From: Dehalococcoidia bacterium
GTDB lineage: Bacteria; Chloroflexota; Dehalococcoidia; Lucifugimonadales; SHYT01
DNA length: 64,000 nt
Reading direction: 5' to 3'
Assembly (NCBI GenBank): GCA_009693045.1
Contig: SHXZ01000011.1
Span: 6,967 to 70,966, forward strand
This document shows, in pieces, positions 1-9,181 of this stretch. Positions within the stretch are counted from its first letter, which is position 1. Every line of letters begins with the position of its first letter. A model generated the notes under the pieces. The model was not told the origin of the DNA and did not search any database. It saw only the letters and a program-made list of their open reading frames with translations. The position numbers and the translations under genes are program-made.

Positions 1-480
1 GATGACATCGCCGCAATTGACCTGTACCTGCCCCCTGCGGGCTACGCGATGGTGGGAACGCCTGAAGTGGCGAAGCGCCGCCCGTCCAACGTGGTGGAAG
101 GGCAGTTCAGCGCCTTCTTCGCCGCCGCCTACGCCGTCGTCAAGGGCGCCTACGATTGGTCCGCCTACCAGTCCCTGGCCGAGCCCGAGGTCCTGAGGAT
201 GGCGCAGCGGGTGAACGTGCACCGCGAGCCGGACTTCACCGGCTTCCGCTCCCGCGTCGTCATCACAAGCGTAGCTGGCCTGCGGGCGGAGCTGGACGTG
301 GACTACCCCAAGGGCGAGCCGGAGAACCCGTTGAGCTGGGACGAGACGACCGACAAGTTTCGCGGCCTCGCCGGCGGCGTCATCGGCCCGCGCCGCGCCG
401 AGGCCGTCATCGCCGCCGTGGACGCGCTCCCACGCCTGCCAGGCCTCAAGGAACTGACGCAGCACCTGCGAGGCCTGTAG
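1..480 (+). CDS. MmgE/PrpD family protein, C-terminal part (5' end outside the window)
   Basis: Frame 1 is open from base 1. The C-terminal sequence (...FSAFFAAAYAVVKGAY...DVDYPKGEPENPLSWDETTDKF) resembles the PrpD/MmgE C-terminal domain. TAG stop at 478-480. Confidence 0.7.
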   Translation, partial: DDIAAIDLYLPPAGYAMVGTPEVAKRRPSNVVEGQFSAFFAAAYAVVKGAYDWSAYQSLAEPEVLRMAQRVNVHREPDFTGFRSRVVITSVAGLRAELDVDYPKGEPENPLSWDETTDKFRGLAGGVIGPRRAEAVIAAVDALPRLPGLKELTQHLRGL

Positions 481-502
481 CGGGCCGTGGCGGCGGCTGC
501 CC

Positions 503-1756
503 TCACCGCAGGAACCCCGTCCACCATTCCAGCGCCAGGATGCCGATCGAGAGAACCAGGCTCAGCACGGTCACGAGCAGCCCCACGCGGAGGAACTCGC
601 CGAACGGGACCGTGACGCCGTCGCGGGCCGCGGTCTCGGCCACGATGATGTTGGCGACCGCGCCGATGAGCGTCGCGTTGCCGCCAAGCGTCGCGCCCGC
701 GGCCAGGCTCGTCCACAGCACGTCGCCCGGCACGCCCTCAATCACCGGGATGACCAGCATCGTGAGAGGCACGTTGCTCACGAACTGGCTCACCGCCGCG
801 CTCACCAGGTGCACGGAGACGATGCCCTTGAGGTCCGGCGTCACCCGAATGCTCTCGAGGACCCGGTCCAGCACCCCGGCCTCGCGCGCGCCGCCGATGA
901 CCACGAACAGGCCCACGAAGAACAGCAGGAGCACCCAGTCCACGCTGTGGATGACCTCGGACGGCCGAATGCCGCTGACGAGCAGGATCGCGGCCCCGGC
1001 GACGAGCGCGATGAGCGAGATGTCCACGCCCAGGTGTGATGAGAAGAAGAACGCGGCGATGGTGGGGACGACGATGGCCGAAGCCCTCCGCAACATACGG
1101 GTGTCCGGCTGCGCCGCCTGCCGCAGCGCAGTCATGTCGGGCGTGAAGGCGTGGTTGAACTGACCGCGGTACACGAGCCAGACCACAGCGACGAGAGCGA
1201 CGCATCCGGCCACGGCGACGGGCGCCAGGTAGAGGAAGAACCGGCTGAACGAGATGCCCGAGGTGACGCCGATGAGCATGTTTTGCGGGTTGCCGACGAT
1301 GGTGGCGGTGGAGCCCGCGTTGGACGCCATCGCCTCGGCGATAAGGTAGGGCACGGGGTTCGCGCGGAGCATGCGGCACGCCTGAATCACCACGGGCGTG
1401 AACATCAGCACCACCGTGTCGTTGACGAGCAGCGCGCTCATCACCCCTGTGGCGGCCACGACCACGACCAGCAGCCGCGTCGGCGTGGTGCCCACCGAGA
1501 GCAGCCGCACCGCCAGGAAGGTGAAGAAGCCGGCGCGCTGGAGGACGATCACCAGCATCATCATGCCCAGCAGCAGCGCGATGGTGTGAAAGTCCACCGC
1601 GCGCACCGCGCCCTCAAAAGTGAGGACGCCCAGCAACACCATGAGCACCGCGCCGGTGAACGCCGCCGAAGGGCGGTCGATGTGGACTCGGGGCAACCTA
1701 GTGACAGCTACACCCAGGTACGTGAGCCCAAGCACGATGACCGCTTTCCAGAACAT
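503..1756 (-). CDS. ArsB/NhaD-superfamily (citrate-transporter-like) permease
   Basis: Polytopic membrane protein MFWKAVIVLGLTYLGVAVTRLP... Start taken at ATG 1756 rather than the longer ORF-track start 1843. Confidence 0.7.
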   Translation of the reverse strand: MFWKAVIVLGLTYLGVAVTRLPRVHIDRPSAAFTGAVLMVLLGVLTFEGAVRAVDFHTIALLLGMMMLVIVLQRAGFFTFLAVRLLSVGTTPTRLLVVVVAATGVMSALLVNDTVVLMFTPVVIQACRMLRANPVPYLIAEAMASNAGSTATIVGNPQNMLIGVTSGISFSRFFLYLAPVAVAGCVALVAVVWLVYRGQFNHAFTPDMTALRQAAQPDTRMLRRASAIVVPTIAAFFFSSHLGVDISLIALVAGAAILLVSGIRPSEVIHSVDWVLLLFFVGLFVVIGGAREAGVLDRVLESIRVTPDLKGIVSVHLVSAAVSQFVSNVPLTMLVIPVIEGVPGDVLWTSLAAGATLGGNATLIGAVANIIVAETAARDGVTVPFGEFLRVGLLVTVLSLVLSIGILALEWWTGFLR

Positions 1757-2351
1757 GGCCCCTCGCTGCCCAAGGGGCAGATTATAGCGCCTTTGCGTGG
1801 ACGGGGCGCAGCGCCATGCCTTGGCGAAACATTGCGCGAGCATCTCCTCAACACAGGGAATTGGTGATTCTCTCTCCTCTCGTGGGGGCCTTGCCCATAA
1901 AGTCTCCCTGGCTTTGTGGCCACGTTATTGGGCTTCGGCCACAAGGGGAGGTCACGTCCCTGAGAGAGGGGCTTCCTTCGCCCTCGGAGCCTGTCCTGAG
2001 TGAGCCGAAGGCCTGCTCTCCAGCGAAGCAAAGGGCCCTGAGCGAAGCGAACGGGGAAGCCGAAGAAGGGCGAGGCGGTGGGGTGAGCGGGAGACGTTCA
2101 CCCTGAGCCACGGTGCTACAAGCGGGAACGTGTTGAGCCAGCTGCTGCCCAACGCAGACCTTCAGGGCAAAGCCCCTCGTGGGAGACGACGAAGGTAAGG
2201 ATTAGCCCGCGCGACGGGCCAAGGTCGCCGTGCATTGCGCCTCACCTTGCCCTTCGCTGGTTCGAACAGTGAGAAACCGCAGACGATTGCTGCTACTGGA
2301 CGCATGCCCCAATCCCACATCAATGGAACACCGGTCTGCTGAGGCGTCAGG

Positions 2352-2768
2352 CTACGCAACCACCGGCGTCCTCGCCAGCAGGTCCGCAATCGTCGTGGAG
2401 TCCAGCACGCGCTGCATCGCCTCCTCCACCGTCCGCCATACCTCCCGCTGCGCGCACGCCGGCACGTGGACGCACTGCTCCGGATGGTCCAGGCACCCCA
2501 CAATCGTCTCCGCTCCGCCCAGCGCCGCCATCACCATTCCAAGACTGATCTCGGACGGCGCCAGCGCGAGCGAGTGCCCGCCCTGCGGGCCGGTGTGGCT
2601 CCGAACGAACCCGCCGTGGCTCAACGTGAGTAGCAGCCGCGCCAGGAACGGCTCCGGGATACCCTGCCGCCGCGCAATGTCCGAGGCGCGCACCGGCGCC
2701 TCGTCCGCGTGCTGCGCCAAGTCAAGCAGCGCCCGGACTCCGTAGTCAACTCTGATCGGTACGTGCAT
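2352..2768 (-). CDS. Rrf2-family transcriptional regulator (IscR/SufR-like), three clustered Cys
   Basis: N-terminal wHTH RVDYGVRALLDLA...ASDIARRQGIPEPFLARLL. Cys cluster GCLDHPEQCVHVPAC typical of Fe-S-sensing Rrf2 proteins. It is the last gene of the suf cluster. Confidence 0.85.
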   Translation of the reverse strand: MHVPIRVDYGVRALLDLAQHADEAPVRASDIARRQGIPEPFLARLLLTLSHGGFVRSHTGPQGGHSLALAPSEISLGMVMAALGGAETIVGCLDHPEQCVHVPACAQREVWRTVEEAMQRVLDSTTIADLLARTPVVA

Positions 2769-2872
2769 AAGCCCTCTTCCTCATCCGCCTTTGGTTCGCC
2801 TGCTCTGCGCTCGCCTTGCCCTTCCACCATGCGGTGGAGCGTGCGAATACCCTCTATCACGGGGTGAGGGAT

Positions 2873-3325
2873 TCATTCCGTGGACACCGCATCCATCCGC
2901 CCCGTGAGCGCGGCCTGAAGCGCGTGCCAGGCCAGCGTCGCGCATTTTACCCGCGTAGGGAACTCTGACACGCCCGACAGAATCTCCAGGTCGCCCAGGA
3001 GCTCCGCGTCAAAGTCCGCGCCTTGCTCCCTCGTCACCATTCCGTGGAAGGCCGTGAACAGCTTCTGCGCCTCTTCCACCGTCTTCCCCTTGATCCCCTC
3101 GGTCATCATGGACGCCGAGGACGTAGAGATGGCGCACCCCGAACCCTGGAACCCCACGTCCTTCACTACCCCGCCCTCCACCTTCAGCAGCAGCGTCACG
3201 TTGTCGCCGCAGAAGGGGTTGTACCCCCGCGCGGAGTGCGTGGCGCCCTCCAGCTTGCGGAAGTTCCGTGGCCGCCGTGTGTGCTCCAGCACCACTTCCT
3301 GGTAGAGCTCTTGTAGTTGCGACAT
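2873..3325 (-). CDS. sufU: SufU/IscU-type Fe-S cluster assembly scaffold / sulfur acceptor
   Basis: Motifs YNPFCGD, GSGCAIS and RVKCATLAW. Lies directly downstream of sufS. Confidence 0.9.
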   Translation of the reverse strand: MSQLQELYQEVVLEHTRRPRNFRKLEGATHSARGYNPFCGDNVTLLLKVEGGVVKDVGFQGSGCAISTSSASMMTEGIKGKTVEEAQKLFTAFHGMVTREQGADFDAELLGDLEILSGVSEFPTRVKCATLAWHALQAALTGRMDAVSTE

Positions 3326-3388
3326 TGCCTGCTCTCTCTGAGTCCTCTCAAATCGCTGCCGGCCAACCCGGCCCCCGCCGCCTCCCCG

Positions 3389-3476
3389 ACCTCTCCCTTA
3401 AAGGGGAGGGGTATGTCCCCATTCCATTTAGGGAAGGGGCTAGGGGTTAGGTTGGGGAGGGGCAGGGGAGAGGTGT
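3389..3476 (+). repeat. Family-A repeat, doubled (CCCCTTCCC-N4/5-GGGAAGGGG hairpins plus a GGGGTTAGGT-type G-rich tail), between sufS and sufU
   Basis: Seen directly. Six G-runs within 3431-3468. Confidence 0.8.
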
Positions 3477-4759
3477 CAACTGAACACCTCAAGCGCCTTG
3501 TCCAGCCCCAGCACCAGGGCGTCAATCTCCGCTTTCGTGTTGTACATCCCCAGCGAGGCCCGCGCCGTCGCGGGAATGCCAAATCGCTCCATCACAGGCT
3601 GCGTGCAGTGGTGCCCCGTGCGGATGGCGATGCCCTCCTGGTCCAGCACCGTGCCGATGTCGTGCGGGTGGATGTCCTTGAGCGTGAATGAGAGGATGCC
3701 CGTCTTGTGCTTGGCGGTGCCGATGAGTCGCAGCCCCTCAATCTCCGCGAGGCGCTTCGTCCCGTAGACCAGCAGCTCATCCTCATGCGCCGCGATGCGC
3801 TCCAGGCCGATCCCTGTCACGTAGTCAACCGCCGTGCCGAGGCCGATCCCGCCCGCGATGTTGGGCGTCCCCGCCTCAAACTTGTATGGCAGGTCGTTGT
3901 AGATCGTCTTGGCGAACGTCACCGACTTGATCATGTCGCCGCCACCCTGATACGGCGGCATCGCGTCCAGCAGCGCGGCCTTGCCGTACAGCACGCCGAC
4001 GCCCGTCGGCCCGTACAGCTTGTGGCCTGAGAAGGCGTAAAAGTCGCAGTCCAGCGCCTGCACGTCCACCGCCATGTGCGGTGTGGACTGCGCGCCGTCC
4101 AGCAGCACCGGCGCGCCGACGCTGTGCGCCTTGGTGATGATCTCGCGCACCGGGTTGATCGTCCCCAGCGAGTTGGACACGTACACCACCGAGACGAGCT
4201 TGGTGCGCTTGCTCAGCAGCTTGTCGTATTCGTCCATCAGCAGCTCGCCGTCGTCGTTCATCGGGATGACGCGCAGCGTCGCGCCCTTCTCCTCGCACAG
4301 CATCTGCCACGGCACGATGTTGGAGTGGTGCTCCATCGCCGTGATGATCACCTCGTCGCCAGGCCCGATGAACCTCCGCCCGTAGCTGCTGGCGACCAGG
4401 TTGATGCCCTCCGTAGTGCCGCGCACGAAGACGATCTCGCGGTCCTCTTTGGCGTTGAGGAACCGCCGCACCTTGGCGCGCGCACCCTCGTAGTCCTCCG
4501 TCGCCAGCGCGCTCAGCGTGTGGACTCCCCGGTGGATGTTGGCGTTCTCGGTCGTGTAGTAGCGCAGCAGCGTGTCCAGCACGGCTTGCGGCTTCTGCGA
4601 CGTGGCGGCGTTGTCCAGGTACACCAGCGGCTTGCCGTTCACCACCTGTTTGAGGATGGGGAAATCGTCCCGCACTTGCGACGGGTCAAACGCCTGCGTG
4701 ACCTTCGGCGTAGCGCGTTGGATCGCCTTACCGTTCACGCTGCTCATCCCTATCCCCAA
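3476..4759 (-). CDS. sufS: SufS cysteine desulfurase (class V aminotransferase)
   Basis: Motifs YLDNAATSQKP, FSGHKLYGPTGVG and RTGHHCTQP. Alternative start ATG 4747. Confidence 0.93.
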   Translation of the reverse strand: MGIGMSSVNGKAIQRATPKVTQAFDPSQVRDDFPILKQVVNGKPLVYLDNAATSQKPQAVLDTLLRYYTTENANIHRGVHTLSALATEDYEGARAKVRRFLNAKEDREIVFVRGTTEGINLVASSYGRRFIGPGDEVIITAMEHHSNIVPWQMLCEEKGATLRVIPMNDDGELLMDEYDKLLSKRTKLVSVVYVSNSLGTINPVREIITKAHSVGAPVLLDGAQSTPHMAVDVQALDCDFYAFSGHKLYGPTGVGVLYGKAALLDAMPPYQGGGDMIKSVTFAKTIYNDLPYKFEAGTPNIAGGIGLGTAVDYVTGIGLERIAAHEDELLVYGTKRLAEIEGLRLIGTAKHKTGILSFTLKDIHPHDIGTVLDQEGIAIRTGHHCTQPVMERFGIPATARASLGMYNTKAEIDALVLGLDKALEVFS

Positions 4760-6104
4760 ACCCCTCGAACTGGAACTCCGGCAACGCCTTGTCCGTCACG
4801 CCGTCCAGGAATGCCCGGAGCGGCTCCAGCTTCACCGTGTCCAGGATCTCTTTCACGAACCCCCGGATCAGCAGCGCCCCCGCCGCCTTCGGGTCCAGGC
4901 CGCGGCTGCGCATGTAGAAGATCTGCTCCTCCGCCTCGGCGATCTGCCCGGCCGTCGCGCCGTGGGTCGCCTTCACGTCGTCGCAGTAGATCTCCATGCT
5001 TGGCTTCGTGTCCACCTCGGCCCGCTCCGAGAGGATCAGGTTCTTGTCGGCCTGCCTGGCGTTGCTCTTGACCGCGCCCTTGCGGATGAGCACGCGCCCC
5101 GTGTACACCGCGTGCGACGTGCCCGTGAGGATGCCCTTCACGTACTGGTAGCTCTGGCTGTACGGCGCTGCGTGGTCAATGTTGACATGGTTGTCAATGT
5201 GCTCCCTGCCCGCCGTCAAGTGCAGGCCGTTCAGCTTGCACGACGAGCCGTGTCCCGCCAGCGCCATGTGTAGGTCGTGCCGCGCCAGCGCCCCGCCCTT
5301 CGCGAACGCCGTCGTGGAGAACAAGGCGTCCTGCCCCACCGTGGCGCGAGTCATCGAAACGTGGAACGCGTTGGCGCTCTCCAGCGTCACCTTGTAGTGG
5401 TCAACCGCGCTGCCGTCGCCCACGACCACCTCGGTCACCGCGTCGTTGAAGTAGGCCCCGTCGCCAAGGCCGACGTACGTCTCAACCAACGTGAGCTTCG
5501 TGTTGCGCTCGGTGACGACCAGCGTCCTGGGGTACGCCACCTGCGGCTGCGTGCTGTCCGTCGCCACGAACAGCAGGTGCACCGGCGCGTGCTCGTCGCC
5601 GCCCGCCGCGTGGATAAAAGCCCCGTCGCTCAAGAACGCCGTGTTCAGGGCCGCAAACCCGTCGTCCTCAAACGCCGCGTGCTTTGCCAGGTGCTGCTCG
5701 ATGAGGGCCTCGTCGGTGCGGAACGCCTCGGCAAGGCTCGCCACGCGCAGCCCGCCGCCGTCCGACGGCACGCTGGACAGCGTCGGGGCGTACCGTCCGT
5801 CCACGAACACCAGCGTCGTCCACTCCTTACGCCACGGCGCGACACGGCGCAGCGCCGTTGTCTTCACCCCGCTCGTCTTGGGCGATGCCGAGTACCGAAA
5901 CGCCGCGTCCGCGATGGGAGCGACGTTCGTGTACTTCCACTTCTCGTTGCCGCGCCGCGCCGTCGGGAAGCCGAGCTGCTCAAACCGCGCCATGCCTTCC
6001 TGCCGAAGCTGGCGCAGCCACGCCGGCGCGCTGCCGTCCGCGGCCTGCTCCAGCACGCGGAAGTCTGCGAGGTACTGTTCGTGCTTGGTGAGCGTCGTCG
6101 TCAT
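4728..6104 (-). CDS. sufD: Fe-S cluster assembly protein SufD
   Basis: SufBD-family C-terminal beta-helix region. Position between sufC and sufS. Overlaps the sufS start. Confidence 0.9.
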   Translation of the reverse strand: MTTTLTKHEQYLADFRVLEQAADGSAPAWLRQLRQEGMARFEQLGFPTARRGNEKWKYTNVAPIADAAFRYSASPKTSGVKTTALRRVAPWRKEWTTLVFVDGRYAPTLSSVPSDGGGLRVASLAEAFRTDEALIEQHLAKHAAFEDDGFAALNTAFLSDGAFIHAAGGDEHAPVHLLFVATDSTQPQVAYPRTLVVTERNTKLTLVETYVGLGDGAYFNDAVTEVVVGDGSAVDHYKVTLESANAFHVSMTRATVGQDALFSTTAFAKGGALARHDLHMALAGHGSSCKLNGLHLTAGREHIDNHVNIDHAAPYSQSYQYVKGILTGTSHAVYTGRVLIRKGAVKSNARQADKNLILSERAEVDTKPSMEIYCDDVKATHGATAGQIAEAEEQIFYMRSRGLDPKAAGALLIRGFVKEILDTVKLEPLRAFLDGVTDKALPEFQFEGFGDRDEQRER

Positions 6105-6157
6105 CGTTTTAGCGCACCGTCTCTTCGGTAGTGGCCTGAATCGTTAGTGTTGGGTGT

Positions 6158-6200
6158 GGGAGCAATGCATGAATGCCCCTGAGTTAGCCAGGGGTTAGGT
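6158..6200 (+). repeat. Degenerate family-B palindrome plus a family-A-like hairpin and tail (cccctg..cagggg ttaggt), between sufD and sufC
   Basis: Seen directly. The sufC stop codon (6200-6202) sits at the junction of the TTAGGT tail. Confidence 0.6.
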
Positions 6201-6967
6201 CACGCTGTCGCCATTGCTTCCCGGACCCAGTCGTAGCCCTTCTCCTCAACCTCCAGCGCCAGCCCCGCGCCGCCCGACCGCACGATGCGCCCGTCAATCA
6301 GGATGTGCACGAAGTCCGGCACGATGTAGTTCAGCAGCCGCTGGTAGTGCGTCACCACCAGCACCGCCTTCTCCGGCCCGCGCCGCTTGTTCACCACGTC
6401 CGCCACGCTCTTCAGCGCGTCAATGTCCAGCCCCGAGTCCGTCTCGTCCATCAGCGCCAGCTTCGGGTCCAGCACCATCATCTGGAGCATCTCGCTCCGC
6501 TTCTTCTCGCCGCCGGAGAACCCCTCGTTCACCGAGCGCTTGACCAGCTCCTGGTCAATGCCCACGTCCTTGATCTTCTGTCGCCACATCTTGTCGAAGA
6601 CCCGGTAGTCCATCGGCTCCTCGCCGCGCTGCTCGCGGATGGAGTCCAGCGCCGTCTTCATGAACTGCCACGCCGAGACGCCCGGCAGCTCCACGGGGTA
6701 CTGGAACGCCAGGAAGATGCCCTCACGCGCCCGCTGGTCCACCGTCATCGGCAGCACGTTCTTGCCCTCAAACGTGATTGCGCCGCTGGTGACCACGTAC
6801 TCCGGCTTGCCCGCCAGCACGTTCACCAGGGTGCTCTTGCCGCTGCCGTTGGGCCCCATGATGGCGTGAACCTCGCCCTTGCCGATGCTCAGGCTTAGCC
6901 CCTTCAGGATCTCGGTGTCTGCCACCTTCACGTGCAGGTCTCGGATAACCAGCATTGGCTCTGCCAT
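6200..6967 (-). CDS. sufC: Fe-S cluster assembly ATPase SufC
   Basis: Walker A GPNGSGKST, signature FSGGEKKR and Walker B LALMDETDSGLD. Confidence 0.95.
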   Translation of the reverse strand: MAEPMLVIRDLHVKVADTEILKGLSLSIGKGEVHAIMGPNGSGKSTLVNVLAGKPEYVVTSGAITFEGKNVLPMTVDQRAREGIFLAFQYPVELPGVSAWQFMKTALDSIREQRGEEPMDYRVFDKMWRQKIKDVGIDQELVKRSVNEGFSGGEKKRSEMLQMMVLDPKLALMDETDSGLDIDALKSVADVVNKRRGPEKAVLVVTHYQRLLNYIVPDFVHILIDGRIVRSGGAGLALEVEEKGYDWVREAMATA

Positions 6968-7017
6968 GCGTCTCCTCGTCGTGCGCGATGGACTACATCC
7001 GCGTCTTTTTTGGTATT

Positions 7018-7086
7018 CCCCCTTCCCCTTAGGGAAGGGGGTTAGGTCCTTCCCCTACCCTTTAAGGGAGGGGCTGGGGGAGAGGT
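7018..7086 (+). repeat. Family-A repeat, doubled, between sufC and sufB
   Basis: cccccttcccc-ttag-ggaaggggg-ttaggt, then ccttcccctaccc-tttaa-gggaggggctggggg-agaggt. Confidence 0.85.
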
Positions 7087-8546
7087 TACGCCACCGCGCC
7101 CTCCAGGCTCACTTTGAGGAGGTTGGCCGCCTCCACCGCGAACTCAAAAGGCAGTTCCGCGAACACGCTCTTGCAGAACCCCTTCACGATCATGTGGTGC
7201 GCGTCCTCGTTGGAGATGCCGCGCTGCATCACGTAGAAGAGCTGCTCGTCGCTGATCTTGGACGTGGACGCCTCGTGCTCCATCCGCGCCGTCGAGTTGC
7301 GCACCTCAATGTAGGGCATTGTGTGCGCGGCGCTCTTGTCGCCGATGAGTAGCGAGTCGCACTGCGTGAAGTTCTTCGCGCCCGTCGCCGTGGGCATGAT
7401 CTTGACCTGGCCGCGGTACGTGCTCTCCCCGTGGCCCGCCGAGATGCCCTTCGCCACGATCGTGCTTCGCGTGTTCTTCCCGATGTGGGTCATCTTCGTC
7501 CCCGTGTCCGCCTGCTGGTGGTTGTTCACGAGCGCCACCGAGTAGAACTCGCCCACCGAGTTGTCGCCCTGCAGGATCACACTCGGGTACTTCCAGGTGA
7601 TGGCGGAGCCGGTCTCCACCTGCGTCCAGGAGATCTTGGAGTTCCGCCCCTGTGCCTTCCCGCGCTTCGTCACAAAGTTGTAGACGCCGCCCTTACCTTC
7701 CTTGTCGCCGGGGTACCAGTTCTGGAGCGTGGAGTACTTGATCTGCGCGTCGTCCAGCGCGATCAACTCCACCACGGCGGCGTGAAGCTGGCTCGTCTTC
7801 CGCACCGGCGCCGTGCACCCCTCCAGGTAGCTGACGTAGCTCCCCTCGTCCGCGATGATCAGCGTCCGCTCAAACTGCCCGCTGTCCGCAAAGTTGATCC
7901 GGAAGTACGTCATCAGCTCCATCGGGCAGCGCACGCCCTTCGGCACGTAGATGAACGACCCGTCGCTGAACACCGCCGAGTTCAACGTCGCGTAGAAGTT
8001 GTCGGAGTACGGCACCACCGAGCCAAGGTACTTCCGCACCAGCTCCGGGTGATTCCGGATCGCCTCGCTGATGGGGCAGAAGATGACGCCGTGCTTCTCC
8101 AGCGCCTTCTGGTACGTCGTCGCCACCGAGACGCTGTCAAATATCGCGTCCACCGCCACGCCGGCCAGCTTCTCCCGCTCCGCAAGTGGGATGCCAAGCT
8201 TGTCAAACGCCTTCAGCATCTCGGGGTCCACTTCCTCCATGCTCTTGGGGCCGTCCTTGGTCTTGGGCGCGGCGTAGTAGTGGATGTCGTCAAAGTCAAT
8301 CGGCGGGTGATGGATCATCGCCCAGGTCGGCTCTTCGCGCTTCAGCGTCAGCCAGTGCCGGTACGCGCGCAGCCGCCACTCCAGCATCCACTCGGGCTCG
8401 CCCTTCTTGGACGAGATGAGGCGGACGACGCCCTCGTTCAGGCCCTTCGGGGCGACGTCTTCCTCTACGTCGGTGGTGAAGCCCCACTTGTACTCCTGCT
8501 GCGAGAGGTCGGTATTTCTAGAGATGACCGTTCGGGTGGTGGTCAT
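7086..8546 (-). CDS. sufB: Fe-S cluster assembly protein SufB
   Basis: Highly conserved SufB sequence ([20 protein letters not shown]..., [16 protein letters not shown]). Confidence 0.95.
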   Translation of the reverse strand: MTTTRTVISRNTDLSQQEYKWGFTTDVEEDVAPKGLNEGVVRLISSKKGEPEWMLEWRLRAYRHWLTLKREEPTWAMIHHPPIDFDDIHYYAAPKTKDGPKSMEEVDPEMLKAFDKLGIPLAEREKLAGVAVDAIFDSVSVATTYQKALEKHGVIFCPISEAIRNHPELVRKYLGSVVPYSDNFYATLNSAVFSDGSFIYVPKGVRCPMELMTYFRINFADSGQFERTLIIADEGSYVSYLEGCTAPVRKTSQLHAAVVELIALDDAQIKYSTLQNWYPGDKEGKGGVYNFVTKRGKAQGRNSKISWTQVETGSAITWKYPSVILQGDNSVGEFYSVALVNNHQQADTGTKMTHIGKNTRSTIVAKGISAGHGESTYRGQVKIMPTATGAKNFTQCDSLLIGDKSAAHTMPYIEVRNSTARMEHEASTSKISDEQLFYVMQRGISNEDAHHMIVKGFCKSVFAELPFEFAVEAANLLKVSLEGAVA

Positions 8547-8576
8547 GCGCCTTGCCTCCGCCGTTCAGGTATTTAC

Positions 8577-8589
8577 GACCATTCTGGTC
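8577..8589. promoter_or_regulatory. Perfect inverted repeat GACCA-TTC-TGGTC between the suf -10 element and RBS, flanked by two ATTTAC direct repeats: candidate operator
   Basis: The palindrome is seen directly at 8577-8589. ATTTAC lies at 8571-8576 and 8598-8603. Assignment to the Rrf2 regulator is inference. Confidence 0.35.
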
Positions 8590-8603
8590 AACAATCCATT
8601 TAC

Positions 8604-8632
8604 AGGATAGCCACGCCAGCGAGCGGTGTCAA
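8604..8632 (-). promoter_or_regulatory. Sigma70-like promoter of the suf operon (TTGACA-N17-TATCCT)
   Basis: On the minus strand the -35 TTGACA is at 8632-8627 and the -10 TATCCT at 8609-8604, with a 17-nt spacer. It lies about 60 nt upstream of the sufB ATG. Confidence 0.5.
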
Positions 8633-8653
8633 GGCCACAGGATTTTTCAGTTG

Positions 8654-8755
8654 TTGTCATTCTGAGCCAGAGCGCAGCGCAGGCGAAGAATCCGTAGCCT
8701 GGGAGTCCGGACTCTTCGGTCATCCTTCTGCGGAAGGACTCCCTCAGAATGACAA
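8654..8755 (+). repeat. Family-C hairpin element with 13-bp terminal inverted repeats TTGTCATTCTGAG / CTCAGAATGACAA (MITE/REP-like)
   Basis: Termini at 8654-8666 and 8743-8755, with an internal nested stem ggagtcc...ggactcc. Confidence 0.8.
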
Positions 8756-8881
8756 TCTTTGCACTCCCGTGCAGAGATTTCGGACAACTGAACGACCCTG
8801 TGTCAAGTACACCAGTGCGCTTGACGCCTAGTCATGATGGGCGAGGAGCCTCCGCTCTAACCGCTCATAGACATCCCGAAA

Positions 8882-9181
8882 ATGGCGGAGAGGGGCACGG
8901 ACATGCTCAAGCGCAGCCTCGCCGCTTTTGTGAACCGGGATACGGTGGAGGCTGTCCGGGTGTGCAACGATGATGACGAGGTGGACGCTCTCCATAACCG
9001 GGTTTACCGGGACCTGCTCGACTACATGATCCGAGACCCCAACACGATCCAGCGCGCGACGTATCTGCTCTGGGTGGCCCACGACCTGGAGCGCGTCGCC
9101 GACCGGGCCACCAACATCGCCGAGCGCGTCATCTTCCTCGTCACCGGCAAGTTGATCGAGATCAACGTCTCCAAGTACTAG
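8882..9181 (+). CDS. PhoU-domain protein, single repeat (half-size; possible remnant of a two-repeat PhoU)
   Basis: DDEVDALHNRVYRDLL...VAHDLERVADRATNIAERVIFLVTG matches the second PhoU repeat. An in-frame TAA at 8858-8860 closes the frame upstream. Confidence 0.6.
   Translation: MAERGTDMLKRSLAAFVNRDTVEAVRVCNDDDEVDALHNRVYRDLLDYMIRDPNTIQRATYLLWVAHDLERVADRATNIAERVIFLVTGKLIEINVSKY

Noticed and set aside
2259-2267. GGTTCGAAC, a possible tRNA T-loop in the 1843-2352 spacer
   Set aside because: The flanking sequence gives a non-canonical T-arm and no matching acceptor stem about 70 nt upstream. I found no tRNA gene anywhere in the window.
3431-3476. Telomere-like GGGGTTAGG motifs in family-A tails
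   Set aside because: The TTAGG(G/T) motif occurs once per repeat copy, not in tandem arrays. The resemblance to telomeric repeats is coincidental. Only the G-run and G-quadruplex potential is retained as an observation.
8828-8890. Minus-strand peptide FRDVYERLERRLLAHHD resembling a PhoU N-terminus, as if the missing half of PhoU were inverted
   Set aside because: It is only about 17 residues, in an antisense shadow ORF, and has no continuation. That is too weak to support an inversion scenario.
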